This document shows positions 18,692 through 31,491 of a stretch of 64,000 bases of DNA, in pieces; the stretch's first letter is position 1, and every line of letters begins with the position of its first letter. A model generated the notes under the pieces. It worked only from the letters and a program-made list of their open reading frames with translations. It did no database searches and was not told where the DNA came from. Source of the DNA: an uncultured Actinomycetota bacterium (GTDB taxonomy: Bacteria; Actinomycetota; Acidimicrobiia; Spongiisociales; UBA5794); NCBI GenBank assembly GCA_963785245.1, contig CAWAUO010000022.1, forward strand, positions 2,334 to 66,333. Reading direction: 5' to 3'. A program made the translations under genes and the position numbers.

Positions 18692-20209
18692 ATGAACCGT
18701 CTCCCTCTCACCCGCGCTCTGATCTCGGTCTCCGACAAGGCCGGCATCGTCGACTTCGCCCGACGAATGCATGGAGCAGGCGTCGAACTCGTGTCCTCAG
18801 GCGGAACGGCACTAGCCCTTGCGGATGCTGGGATCCCGGTGACCTCCGTAGCCGATGTCACCGCCGCACCCGAGATGCTCGGCGGCCGGGTCAAGACGCT
18901 CCACCCGGCCATTCACGGTGGGATCCTCGCCGACCTTGGAGATGAATCTCATCGCGCCGATCTCGCTGATCGCGGCATTGCCGCCTTCGGCCTCGTCGTC
19001 GCCAACCTCTACCCGTTCGAGTCGACCGTTGCCTCAGGTGCGCCGCCGGCCGAGGTGATCGAGAACATCGACATCGGCGGCCCGACGCTGATCCGGGCTG
19101 CAGCGAAGAACCACGCCTGGGTTGCCACGGTTGTATCCCCGGCACGGTACGACGAGGTCGCTGATGCGATTGAACAGGGTGGCACAACCGTGGAGATGCG
19201 AGAGGGCCTGGCCCGAGAGGCCTTCTTCCGAACGGCCCAGTACGACGCGGCGATTGTCAATTGGCTCGAACGAGACGGGGCAGATCGGCTTGCACTCGCT
19301 CTGTCGAAGGTGTCCGATGCCCGGTACGGCGAGAACCCGCACCAGGCAGCGGCCCTGTACGCGCAGGGGGATTCCGGCGGATGGTGGGCTGCGGCCGATC
19401 GGATCCAGGGCAAGGAGATGTCGTTCAACAACTATGCCGACGCCGACTCGGCGTGGCGCCTCGCGAACGACCTGCCCAACGGTTCGGTTGCGATCCTCAA
19501 GCACATGAATGCCTGCGGTGCCGCCACGGGCGCCTCGCTGCACGAGGCATTTCGGAAGGCGTGGGCCTGCGACCCCCTGTCGGCGTTCGGTGGCGTCGTC
19601 GGGCTCAACGGTCCCCTCGACGAGGACACGGCAGTCGAGATCGCGCAGTACTTCGTCGAGGTGGTGATCGCCCCGTCAATCACCGAGGAAGCGAGAACCG
19701 TCCTCGCTCGCAAGAGGAATCTCCGCGTGCTGACCGCGCCCCCTCCATCACCCCACGACCTCCACATGCGCAGCATCGATGACGGATTCCTCATCCAGAA
19801 GCGCGACACGATCGAAGCGAGCGCTGACGATTGGGATGCCAAGACCCGAGGTCCGACTGAGAGCGAACTGCGTGACCTGCAGATCGCCTGGGTGGTGGCC
19901 GCCCACACCAAGTCGAACGCGATCGTTGTCGTCAAGGGTGGGGCCGCCGTGGGCGTCGGCGCCGGCGATCAGAGCAGGGTCGGCGCCGCCGAGCGGGCAC
20001 TCGTGAAGGCCGGTGACCGGTCCATCGGGTCCGTCGCAGCAAGCGACGGCTTCTTCCCGTTCAGGGACGGCCTCGACCTCCTGGCAGACGCCGGTGTCAC
20101 CGCGGTGGTCGAACCGGGCGGGTCGATCCGCGACGACGAGGTCATCGAGGCCGCACGCCAGCACGACCTTGCCATGATGTTCACGCACAGGAGGCACTTC
20201 CGACATTGA
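18692..20209 (+). CDS. purH: Bifunctional AICAR transformylase/IMP cyclohydrolase
   Basis: ALISVSDK, GRVKTLHP, IDIGGPTLIRAAAKN, YGENPHQ, SDGFFPF, PGGSIRD. Confidence 0.97.
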   Translation: MNRLPLTRALISVSDKAGIVDFARRMHGAGVELVSSGGTALALADAGIPVTSVADVTAAPEMLGGRVKTLHPAIHGGILADLGDESHRADLADRGIAAFGLVVANLYPFESTVASGAPPAEVIENIDIGGPTLIRAAAKNHAWVATVVSPARYDEVADAIEQGGTTVEMREGLAREAFFRTAQYDAAIVNWLERDGADRLALALSKVSDARYGENPHQAAALYAQGDSGGWWAAADRIQGKEMSFNNYADADSAWRLANDLPNGSVAILKHMNACGAATGASLHEAFRKAWACDPLSAFGGVVGLNGPLDEDTAVEIAQYFVEVVIAPSITEEARTVLARKRNLRVLTAPPPSPHDLHMRSIDDGFLIQKRDTIEASADDWDAKTRGPTESELRDLQIAWVVAAHTKSNAIVVVKGGAAVGVGAGDQSRVGAAERALVKAGDRSIGSVAASDGFFPFRDGLDLLADAGVTAVVEPGGSIRDDEVIEAARQHDLAMMFTHRRHFRH

Positions 20210-21060
20210 GCGCTCTCATCCTCTCCGGCAGCACCGTTGCTGCGGTAGTCCGTTCTGAAGTGGCCGAACGTGTGGCGGCGCTCAATGAACGTGGCCAGAG
20301 CGTCGGCCTCGCCACCGTGTTGGTCGGGGACGACCCCGGATCGCAGATCTACGTCAGGAGCAAGCACCGAGCTGCAGAGGCGGCCGGAATCGTGTCGATC
20401 GACCGGCGCCTCCCGGAGACTGCCTCCCAAGCCGAGGTTCTCGCCACGATTGCCGAACTCAACGGCGACGAGCGGGTGACCGGGATGATCGTGCAACTCC
20501 CCCTGCCCGACGGTCTCGACGGGGGAGCGGCGGTCGAGGCGGTCGATCCCGGCAAGGACGCTGACGGCCTTCATCCGTTCAACCTCGGCCGACTGGTGCT
20601 GTCGCGGCCCGCCCCGCTGCCGGCGACACCGTCCGGCATCATGCGGATGCTCGAGTACTACGGGATCGAGACTGCAGGGAAGGCCGCCGTCATCGTCGGG
20701 CGATCGTTTCTGGTTGGGCGGCCGCTGGCGCTGCTGCTCGGAACGAAGGGCGTCGATGCCACGGTGATCCAGGCGCACTCGCGGACGCCCGACCTGGCCG
20801 GCGTGTGCCGCGAGGCCGATATCCTGGTGACGGCCGCGGGCCGTCCGAACATGTTCGACGCCGAGTACGTGAAGCCGGGGGCAACGGTCGTGGACGTCGG
20901 GATCAACCGGACCGAGGAAGGTCTCGTCGGGGATGTCGACTTCGACGCTGTTGTTGACGTGGCGGGGGCGATCACGCCGGTACCGGGAGGCGTTGGTCCG
21001 ATGACGATCGCCAGCCTCATGGTGAACACCGTGGCGCTGGCCGAAGCGAAGAACGATTGA
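20206..21060 (+). CDS. folD: Methylenetetrahydrofolate dehydrogenase/cyclohydrolase
   Basis: [36 protein letters not shown]. Confidence 0.95.
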   Translation: MSALILSGSTVAAVVRSEVAERVAALNERGQSVGLATVLVGDDPGSQIYVRSKHRAAEAAGIVSIDRRLPETASQAEVLATIAELNGDERVTGMIVQLPLPDGLDGGAAVEAVDPGKDADGLHPFNLGRLVLSRPAPLPATPSGIMRMLEYYGIETAGKAAVIVGRSFLVGRPLALLLGTKGVDATVIQAHSRTPDLAGVCREADILVTAAGRPNMFDAEYVKPGATVVDVGINRTEEGLVGDVDFDAVVDVAGAITPVPGGVGPMTIASLMVNTVALAEAKND

Positions 21061-21097
21061 GACCAGGCGGGCTACCCGTCGACGAAAGGTGCAACAC

Positions 21098-22300
<1,203 letters not shown>

Positions 22301-22416
22301 CGGTCTCTTGGCCGCTGAGGGGACGCCCGGGTATCCGCAGATCCACTCGGCGTCCTCGGTGAGTGGTGCCCGGAGCGAACTACCCTTGTGTGGAATCGCT
22401 CACAGGGAGGACCACG

Positions 22417-23352
22417 ATGGGCAAGGTCACTGTTGTAGGGGCTGGTAAGTACGGATCGACGACGGTGCAACGCCTGGCCGAGGCGGATGTCGTCGACGAA
22501 GTCGTGATGATCGATATCGTCGAGGGGTTGCCGCAGGGTCTCGCCCTCGACATGAACCAGTCGCGTCCGGTGCTCGGCTACCGAACCATCGTCACGGGCA
22601 CGAACGACTATGCCGACACCGCGGACAGCGATGTCGTGGTGATCACGGCCGGCCTCCCGCGCAAGCCCGGGATGAGTCGCATGGACCTCCTCGGTGTCAA
22701 TGCAGGAATCATCAAGACCGTGACCGAGCAGGTGGTTGCGAACTCGCCCGAATGCGTGATCGTTGTGGTTACGAACCCGCTCGATCAGATGACCACGCTG
22801 GCTGCAGAGGTTTCCGGGTTCCCGAAGAGCCGAGTGATCGGTCAGGCCGGCATGCTCGACTCGGCGCGGCTCGCCCACTTCATCTCTGAACGCACCGGCG
22901 CGGACATCCTCAGCGTCAAGGCCGTGACGCTCGGCAGCCACGGAGAGACCATGGTTCCGGTGCCGTCATTGTGTGAGGTCGACGGGAAGCCGCTTGGTGA
23001 AGCACTTGACGATGCCTCTATTGAGGAACTCGTGGAGCGCACCCGCAACGGTGGAGCGGAGGTCGTCGCCTTGCTGAAGACCGGATCGGCCTACTACGCC
23101 CCGTCGGCCGCCGCTGCGGCAATGGTGGAGGCGATCATCGCCGACAGCGGCGCCGAGATGCCGGTCTGCGCGTGGGTGACCGGCCAGTACGGGATCAACG
23201 ACGTCTACCTCGGAGTTCTCGCCAAGCTCGGCGCCGGTGGGGTCACCGAGGTGTGTGAAGCGCCGCTCACCGCCACCGAGATCGAGGGCCTTCGCGAAGC
23301 GGCGGTGGCCGTCAAGGCAAAGGTCGCCGAGATGGACGAGATCGACTACTGA
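22417..23352 (+). CDS. mdh: Malate dehydrogenase (LDH-like type)
   Basis: GAGKYG, TAGLPRKPGMSRMDL, VTNPLD, LDSAR, GSHG, LKTGSAYYAP. Confidence 0.93.
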   Translation: MGKVTVVGAGKYGSTTVQRLAEADVVDEVVMIDIVEGLPQGLALDMNQSRPVLGYRTIVTGTNDYADTADSDVVVITAGLPRKPGMSRMDLLGVNAGIIKTVTEQVVANSPECVIVVVTNPLDQMTTLAAEVSGFPKSRVIGQAGMLDSARLAHFISERTGADILSVKAVTLGSHGETMVPVPSLCEVDGKPLGEALDDASIEELVERTRNGGAEVVALLKTGSAYYAPSAAAAAMVEAIIADSGAEMPVCAWVTGQYGINDVYLGVLAKLGAGGVTEVCEAPLTATEIEGLREAAVAVKAKVAEMDEIDY

Positions 23353-23427
23353 GGCTTTCGTGGTCTGTAGATGTGAGAATGGTCCGGGGTCACCTCCGGA
23401 CCATTCTTCGCGAGTCCTCGAGTTCGG

Positions 23428-24348
23428 TCAGGACTGTGCAGCGGCCGCCGCCTTCTCCCGTTCGTACTGTTCGTGCGACTCTTTGATCTCCTGCGCGCTC
23501 TTTTCTGCCGCAGCCCGCTGTTCGCGTGCACGTGTCCGGGCGATGATGATGTCTCGTCGCGTTGCCCACAATGCCACCGCTCCGACGAACAGGATGATGA
23601 TTCCGGCCAGGGCGATGAACCACCCGTAGCCGACTTGCACATCCTTGTACTGGCCCGCGGCGCCGATCGCCTCGACTTGTGCTTCCCGCAGCGTCGTGCG
23701 CAATGAACCACCTGAGAGGCCGATTGCTGCACCGCCGAGAATGGTGACATAGATGAGGAACCGGTTCGCCGCGAGGCCGTGAGGTACTGTCGCAAGGGCG
23801 AACAGGCCGAGGAGTCCCAGACCTGCGAATGCAGCGAGACCCGGGTTGAGTTCGACGGTCGTCGAACCGACGGCGGAAGTGATGAGGACGAAGATCAAGA
23901 CCAACGTGCCGATCCCGATCACGACCCTGATGATGAAGCGGTCGAGCGCTTGAACCCTTGGCAGAACAAGGCTTTTGAACGTTCGGTACAGCATGATCGA
24001 CAGGAGCAGGCTGAGGACGGCGACGACGAGCGTCGAGAAGGTGATTGACATGACGTCCGGGCCGAAGACGAGGGCAAGGACCGTTCCGGCGATCGTGCCG
24101 AGGGCGACCACCGCGGCCGAGTAGCCGGTCTCGACCGATCGTTTCGGCGTGACGGCGATGCCGAGCAGCAGCAGCGCCAGGCCGATAGCGAAGTAGGTCC
24201 AGCCCTGGTCCATCTCGTACCCGCGGAGTGACCACGGTTCGACGAGGAACCCGTAGGCGGGGTTCGTTCGCGCCATCTCCCACACGATCGCAATCATGAC
24301 GATCGCGGGTCCGAGCGTGATCGCGATCTTGCTCCAGTTCTGTTTCAA
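23428..24348 (-). CDS. Hypothetical multi-pass membrane protein with charged C-terminal helix
   Basis: 306-aa ORF with several hydrophobic stretches, RBS-like GAGGAGG upstream; family not recognised. Confidence 0.7.
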   Translation of the reverse strand: MKQNWSKIAITLGPAIVMIAIVWEMARTNPAYGFLVEPWSLRGYEMDQGWTYFAIGLALLLLGIAVTPKRSVETGYSAAVVALGTIAGTVLALVFGPDVMSITFSTLVVAVLSLLLSIMLYRTFKSLVLPRVQALDRFIIRVVIGIGTLVLIFVLITSAVGSTTVELNPGLAAFAGLGLLGLFALATVPHGLAANRFLIYVTILGGAAIGLSGGSLRTTLREAQVEAIGAAGQYKDVQVGYGWFIALAGIIILFVGAVALWATRRDIIIARTRAREQRAAAEKSAQEIKESHEQYEREKAAAAAQS

Positions 24349-24496
24349 CGGTGCCTCCTCGTCCGTGACACCCTAATCGCTCGGACGGCCAGCGGAGTCC
24401 TTGCCCTGCAACAGTTCTTGCCCACGCGCAAGCGCACCGGTAGGGTTACATCGCTGTGATTTACCTCAGCATCTTCGACCATCTAGGGAGGTCTCT

Positions 24497-24775
24497 ATGA
24501 ACAAGGGTGAGCTCATCGACGCTGTCGCTCGCAATACCGGCGAGTCGAAGGCAACTGCCGCCAAGGTCATCGACGAAGCACTCGACGTGATCGTGTCCGG
24601 CGTTGTGACCCAGGGCAAGGTCCAGATCACTGGATTCGGAACGTTCGAGGCTCGTGACCGCAAGGCACGTACGGCTCGGAACCCGCAGACGGGTGCGGAA
24701 GTCAAGGTCGCGGCAACCCGCGTACCTGCGTTCAAGGCGGGCAAGGCGTTCAAGGATCAGGTCAAGCCCGGCTGA
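24497..24775 (+). CDS. hup: DNA-binding protein HU
   Basis: MNKGELIDAVA, GFGTFE, RTARNPQTG, PAFKAGKAFK; RBS GGGAGG. Confidence 0.96.
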   Translation: MNKGELIDAVARNTGESKATAAKVIDEALDVIVSGVVTQGKVQITGFGTFEARDRKARTARNPQTGAEVKVAATRVPAFKAGKAFKDQVKPG

Positions 24776-24802
24776 TCCCGACAACGACGAGAAGCCAACA
24801 AG

Positions 24803-24834
24803 GAGGAAGGGGCGCCACACGGCGCCCCTTCCTC
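24803..24834 (+). terminator. Hairpin downstream of hup
   Basis: Perfect 14-bp stem GAGGAAGGGGCGCC-ACAC-GGCGCCCCTTCCTC; no long U-tract. Confidence 0.6.
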
Positions 24835-24854
24835 GCGTCCGAAGCTACGAGTTC

Positions 24855-24995
24855 GATTCCTTCCCCCGATTCCTTCCCCTCGGGGGAAGGTGGCAACGCC
24901 CCCAGGCGCTGACGGAAGGGGTCTCTCGAGATCGTGGAGAGGTGGAGACCCCCTCCGCAACCTGCCCGCAGGGCAGGCGACACCTCCTCCTGAGG
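24855..24995. repeat. Composite palindromic element (CCTTCCCC..GGGGGAAGG type)
   Basis: Hairpin at 24872-24890, inverted pair GGAAGGGGTCTC / GAGACCCCCTCC at 24914-24956; related fragments at 11290-11313 and 34968-34987. Confidence 0.55.
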
Positions 24996-25007
24996 TGCTC
25001 TGCTCGG

Positions 25008-25141
25008 GACCGTCGTTGACGCGAGACACCCGCCCACCAAGAACCCGGTCTTGACACTGCGGTGGGAGAGACGAAGACCGCGCCGTCCCCATCACTTGTG
25101 TTGCCCTGATCCGCACAGCAGCACGCGTCAACAACGCGCTG
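25008..25141 (-). ncRNA. Candidate structured RNA, possibly 6S-like
   Basis: 12-bp closing stem (25124-25135 with 25012-25023; U-G wobble only on minus strand), internal hairpin, no convincing ORF; family assignment is inference only. Confidence 0.3.
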
Positions 25142-25193
25142 GAATACAACACTGAAGGGGAGGGATGCTCTTGTGGAGGGGCGAAGATGACGC

Positions 25194-25225
25194 GAAGGAG
25201 GGGCGCCGTGTGACGCCCCTCCTTC
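25194..25225 (-). terminator. Hairpin downstream of SCP2 gene
   Basis: 12-bp stem GAAGGAGGGGCG / CGCCCCTCCTTC. Confidence 0.6.
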
Positions 25226-25243
25226 TCCGCGAATCGGGTCGGT

Positions 25244-25627
25244 CTAGTAGTCCAGATCGAGGGTGCTCGAGACGCGTGCGAACTCGTTGATCAGGCCCTG
25301 GTACATCATGACCTTCGCCATGTTGCCGCCGACCTTGATCTTCCCGGTCATGAACGCCATCTGAACGTTCAGCTCACCTTTCGCAATCGCGGCAGCGGTG
25401 TCGTAGTCGCTCGACACCGAAGCGTCGGCGTCCTCAAGCGTTCCGAGGGCCATGACGGCGACCCCGTCGCCCACGGTGAGGTAGTAGTCGATCTCACCGT
25501 CGGGAGCGTCGGTGACGTTGAACTGCAAGCCGAGGTCGACGTTGGTCATGGCCGCGGTGAAGCCGGCGTCGTCGTTCAGTCCTGCTGTTCCCATCGCCAT
25601 GTGCTCTTCGCTGAGAAACTGTGCCAC
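25244..25627 (-). CDS. SCP2 sterol/lipid-binding domain protein
   Basis: MAQFLSEE, LNVQMAFMTGKIKVGGNMAKVM. Confidence 0.85.
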   Translation of the reverse strand: MAQFLSEEHMAMGTAGLNDDAGFTAAMTNVDLGLQFNVTDAPDGEIDYYLTVGDGVAVMALGTLEDADASVSSDYDTAAAIAKGELNVQMAFMTGKIKVGGNMAKVMMYQGLINEFARVSSTLDLDY

Positions 25628-25695
25628 GTGTGGTCCTTTCGTCGTGGGCTACCGATGATAGCGCCAGATTTTGAGCGTTCGATCAAAAGTCGTCG

Positions 25696-26459
25696 CTATG
25701 CCTGCTGCCCTTGCTTCCTCAGGTTCTTCCACTGCGCCGCAACGTAGTCACGGTTCATCCAGGCGATCACATCGATCGAGATGTTCTTCGGACAGGCCGC
25801 CTCGCACTCGCCGTAGTTCCTGCAGGATCCGAAATACGCCTCCATCGTCTCGACCATGGCCGTGGTGCGGAGGTACCGTTCGGGCTGACCCTGCGGGAGC
25901 AGGTTCATGTGGGCGATTTTGGCGGCCGTGAACAGGTTCGCAGCGCTGTTGGGGCAGGCCGCAACACACGCCGCGCATCCGATACAGGCCGCCGCGTCCA
26001 TCGCAGACTCGGCTGCCGGCTTCGCCACCGGGATCGCATTCGCATCCTGAGCGGCACCGATGTTCGCGCTGATGTAGCCACCCGCCTGGATGATCGTGTC
26101 GAACGGGGTCCGGTCGACGACCAGGTCCTTGAGGACGGGGAACGCTACGGCGCGCCACGGCTCAACCGTGATCGTGTCACCGTCGTTGAACTTGCGCATG
26201 TGGAGCTGGCACGTCGCAGTGCCACTCTGGGGACCGTGCGGATGGCCGTCAATCATCACACCGCACGTTCCGCAGATGCCCTCACGACAGTCGCTATCGA
26301 ACGCGATCGGCTCGATGCCTTGCTCGTTCAGCCGCTCATTCAATTCATCGAGCATTTCGAAGAACGACGCGTCGGGGCTGACATCCTTCGCCTCGTAGGT
26401 CTTGAACGATCCTTCGGCCCCGGGTCGGGATTGCCGCCACACGCGGAGAGTGAGGTTCA

Positions 26460-26463
<4 letters not shown>
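25696..26463 (-). CDS. sdhB: Succinate dehydrogenase/fumarate reductase Fe-S subunit
   Basis: [37 protein letters not shown]. Confidence 0.94.
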
Positions 26464-28397
<1,934 letters not shown>

Positions 28398-28410
28398 CTT
28401 CGTGTCCCCC

Positions 28411-29151
28411 TCAACCCGAAACCGTGAGTATGCCGAGCTGGACCGCAATCGGAATCGACGAATTACCGATCAGGACGGCCAGTGCGAGGGCCACCGCCAG
28501 CCACCGCCGCCACGTGTCGTAGCGCGGGTTCGCGAGACCGAGGCTCTGGAACAGGCTCCACGCCCCGTGGTAGATGTGCAACGCGAGGAAGCACATGGTG
28601 ATGATGTAGAACAGGGCGACCGGCCAGCGCTCGAAGCTGTAGACAACGTTGTTGTAGACGTCGCCGGCCACGTAGTCGGGGTTTGCGCTGCCGATGGTCA
28701 GATCGGCGAGGTGATAGAGGACGAACATGGCGATGAGTACGCCGCCCCAGAGCATCGTTCGGCTTGCGTAGTTCGCGGCTGCGTACTCCCGCCTCTTCTC
28801 GTACCGGATCGTTCCGCGGGCCTTGCGATTCCTCAGAGCGAGGACCGTCGCCGACCAGATGTGGATGACCGTCATCGCCGTGAGGCCGATGCGGAACAGC
28901 CAGAGCACGCCTTCCTTCGGGAAGATGGGGTAGAGGAGGGTGCGGAGGGATTCCGCGTAGTGGTCGAGGTCTTCCGGTCCGATGAAGATCTTGAGGTTCC
29001 CGATCATGTGAACGACGATGTAACCGAGAAGACCGATGCCGGTCAGGGCCATCATCCATTTCATCCCGACGTCGGAGGTGAAGAATGGCCCGAGCCACGC
29101 CTGCCATCCCGATCGCCGATTGACTTCGAGTCGACGGGTCTTCGTCGTCAC
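28411..29151 (-). CDS. sdhC: Succinate dehydrogenase cytochrome b subunit (single-anchor SdhCAB type)
   Basis: [30 protein letters not shown]; RBS GGAGGG before GTG 29151. Confidence 0.9.
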   Translation of the reverse strand: MTTKTRRLEVNRRSGWQAWLGPFFTSDVGMKWMMALTGIGLLGYIVVHMIGNLKIFIGPEDLDHYAESLRTLLYPIFPKEGVLWLFRIGLTAMTVIHIWSATVLALRNRKARGTIRYEKRREYAAANYASRTMLWGGVLIAMFVLYHLADLTIGSANPDYVAGDVYNNVVYSFERWPVALFYIITMCFLALHIYHGAWSLFQSLGLANPRYDTWRRWLAVALALAVLIGNSSIPIAVQLGILTVSG

Positions 29152-29257
29152 CGTGGGTCCCTCCGTTGTTTCGCCGGAAGTGATTATCGCGGGGTTCGCG
29201 GCCCGTGTCGAAACGGACGCGATCCTTGTACGACAAGGCACGCGTGCAAATCTGAGG

Positions 29258-29286
29258 TTGACAAGCGCGCGCGGGGTTGGGAGAAT
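29258..29286 (+). promoter_or_regulatory. Sigma-A type promoter of whiB gene
   Basis: TTGACA (29258-29263), 17 bp, GAGAAT (29281-29286). Confidence 0.6.
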
Positions 29287-29321
29287 CTCAAGGTTGTAAT
29301 TACAAAAACCACGGGAGCTCC

Positions 29322-29609
29322 ATGTTCGGCGAATTTCTCGAGGCCCTCCAGGCGGATGGTTTCGACATGTCTTGGCAGGATTTCGCGAACTGTCGCGGGG
29401 CTGATCCTGACCTGTTCTTCCCCGAACGCGGCGCGTCCACACGCACGGCGAAGGGGATCTGCCGCGAATGCACGGTGCGCGACGAGTGCCTTGAGTTCGC
29501 GATCGTCTCGAGCGAGAAGTTCGGGATCTGGGGACAGATGTCCGAGCGCGAACGGCGCAAGATTCGCAAGGAGCGCCAGATCGCGATCGGTCGTCGCCGC
29601 GCGGTGTAG
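29322..29609 (+). CDS. WhiB family Fe-S transcriptional regulator (WhiB2-like)
   Basis: ANCRGADPDLFFPERGAST, CRECTVRDEC, FGIWGQMSERERR. Confidence 0.93.
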   Translation: MFGEFLEALQADGFDMSWQDFANCRGADPDLFFPERGASTRTAKGICRECTVRDECLEFAIVSSEKFGIWGQMSERERRKIRKERQIAIGRRRAV

Positions 29610-29687
29610 CCGGTTTGCACGGCGCAACCCACCTCCCCGGATCGTCTCCGGTAGAATCGGGCCGTGTCGTCCACCTAAGGAGCCGGG

Positions 29688-30633
29688 TTGAGTCCTACCG
29701 CTACCGCCATCGTCGCCGTCGTCGTCGGATTGGTTCTGATCGGAATCGTCTGGGCCATCGCCTCGCTGGTGCGCAGCACCACATCGGAGTCGTTCCTGTC
29801 GTCCGAGCCGGCCCCTGATGCGCAAGACCGCATGCGTCCGAAGGTGGTGGGTTTTCACGTCCACGACGACACGGCGAAGGTCTACTACGGCGTTCCGTTG
29901 CCGGACGACGAGATCAGTGATCACCTGCGCGACGTGTTGTGCCATGACGCTTCGCTCGTCCTGCACGAGAAGCGATCTCACGGCCTTCCGATCGACCAGG
30001 TCACCCGGGCCGAGGTGTACGGGCAGCGGGACGGCCAACCGGTTGAGGTTGCCGTATTGGAACTCGAGTCACCCGGTGTGATCCCCGAGATCGTGGCCCC
30101 AGATCTCGTACCCCATGCGTCGGTCTCGGCGTTCGACCCGCTCGCGTCGCTTGGAGAACAGGACCTCGAGATCCAGCCGGGGGTTGCGGCACGGGCACCC
30201 GACGAGGATCTCCCGGCGTTCACCGACGAGATCCTCTACGCGAAGTCGGTGGAAGCGCGCCTGCCGCGCCGCGGGCATCGATCCGAGCGACGTGACGCTC
30301 TCGATCCTCGCGCGGGCGTTGCTGCAGCTCGGCGGGTATCAGCTGACCGATCGCCCGGGTGGTTCCGGCGACTCCTATCTCGCCCAGAAGGCGGGATCCG
30401 TGGCGCTGGTTGTGGTGCACGAGTACCAGGCCGGCGAGCACCCAGAACTCCCGGAGAGTGCGGTCAACGCATTCGTGATCGAAGTCGCACAGAGCAACCC
30501 GCAGCGAGCGCTGTTGATCACGGATATGTTCAGCCCGTACGTCATCTACGAGAAGGAACGCAGTGACCCCCGGTGCCGGTTCATCACGCGCGAGCGGTTG
30601 CAGCCGTTCGTGGACAGCTTCGCTCTGCAATAG
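29688..30633 (+). CDS. Membrane-anchored hypothetical protein with putative degenerate restriction-endonuclease-fold C-terminus; one frameshift near 30262
   Basis: ORFs 29688-30566 and 30115-30633 join as ...VEARL/RAAGIDPSDVTLS...; N-terminal TM; RBS AAGGAG. Confidence 0.6.
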
Positions 30634-30720
30634 GCCGTGTGATGGACTGCCGACCGATTTCGAACGACCCGTCGCAGGAGGACAACAAGCCTCCTACACT
30701 GAACACCTGAAAGGAGTCCC

Positions 30721-30915
30721 GTGCTTTTTGCGTTTATCAAGAACCTCGGTGGGCCTGAGCTGCTCATCATCCTTCTCGTAGTGGTGTTGCTGTTCGGTGC
30801 TGCGAAGCTCCCGAGCCTTGCCCGGTCAATCGGTGCCTCGGCGAAAGAGTTTAAGAAGGGCGTCGAAGAAGGCGTCTCCGACGAGGACACCCCGGCCGAC
30901 GCCGACGCGACCTGA
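30721..30915 (+). CDS. tatA: Twin-arginine translocase TatA/TatE subunit
   Basis: NLGGPELLIILLVVVLLFGAAKLPSLARSIGASAKEFKKG. Confidence 0.93.
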   Translation: MLFAFIKNLGGPELLIILLVVVLLFGAAKLPSLARSIGASAKEFKKGVEEGVSDEDTPADADAT

Positions 30916-30932
30916 AGTCCGGCGGCGATTGC

Positions 30933-30960
30933 GGGAACTCGATCGGTGGCGACGACGTTT
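30933..30960 (+). promoter_or_regulatory. SigE/SigH/SigR-type ECF promoter
   Basis: GGAAC (30934-30938), 17 nt, CGTT (30956-30959), 22 nt before the sigma ATG. Confidence 0.7.
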
Positions 30961-30981
30961 CTTCCCCAGTTGTGGGGAAGC

Positions 30982-31491
30982 ATGACTGACGATTTCACAC
31001 CGACCTGGGAAGACGTTGCGCAACGCTATGGGCGCAAGATCTACAACTTCGCCTATCGCCTCACCGGCAACCCGGACGACGCGGCAGATCTTGTGCAAGA
31101 GGTTCTGCTCCGTGTGCGCAAGGGTCTCGACTCGTACCAGCCCGGCTCGTTCGAAGGCTGGCTCTGGCGCATTACCCGCAATGCCTTCCTTGACGGCATC
31201 CGCCGCAAACAGCGGCGGCCCGAGTCGGCGCTCCCGGAAGGCGACCACCACAGCCTCGGTTCAAGCCCATCGCCCGACGAAGTCCTCGCATCGGTCCGCC
31301 TCTCGGACGATGTGCAGTCGTCGCTCCTCAAGCTGCCGTATGACTATCGCGAGGCCGTTGTGCTGTGTGATGTCGTGGGCCTCACCTACGACGAGATTGC
31401 GGAGGCCACCGACGTCCCGGTCGGCACTGTGCGGAGCCGCATCCACCGCGGCCGCAAGCAACTGCGGGAACTGCTGACATGGCCCGTCTAG
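30982..31491 (+). CDS. ECF RNA polymerase sigma factor (SigE-like)
   Basis: AYRLTGNPDDAADLVQEVLLRV, FEGWLWRITRNAFLD, TYDEIAE, GTVRSRIHRGR. Confidence 0.92.
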   Translation: MTDDFTPTWEDVAQRYGRKIYNFAYRLTGNPDDAADLVQEVLLRVRKGLDSYQPGSFEGWLWRITRNAFLDGIRRKQRRPESALPEGDHHSLGSSPSPDEVLASVRLSDDVQSSLLKLPYDYREAVVLCDVVGLTYDEIAEATDVPVGTVRSRIHRGRKQLRELLTWPV

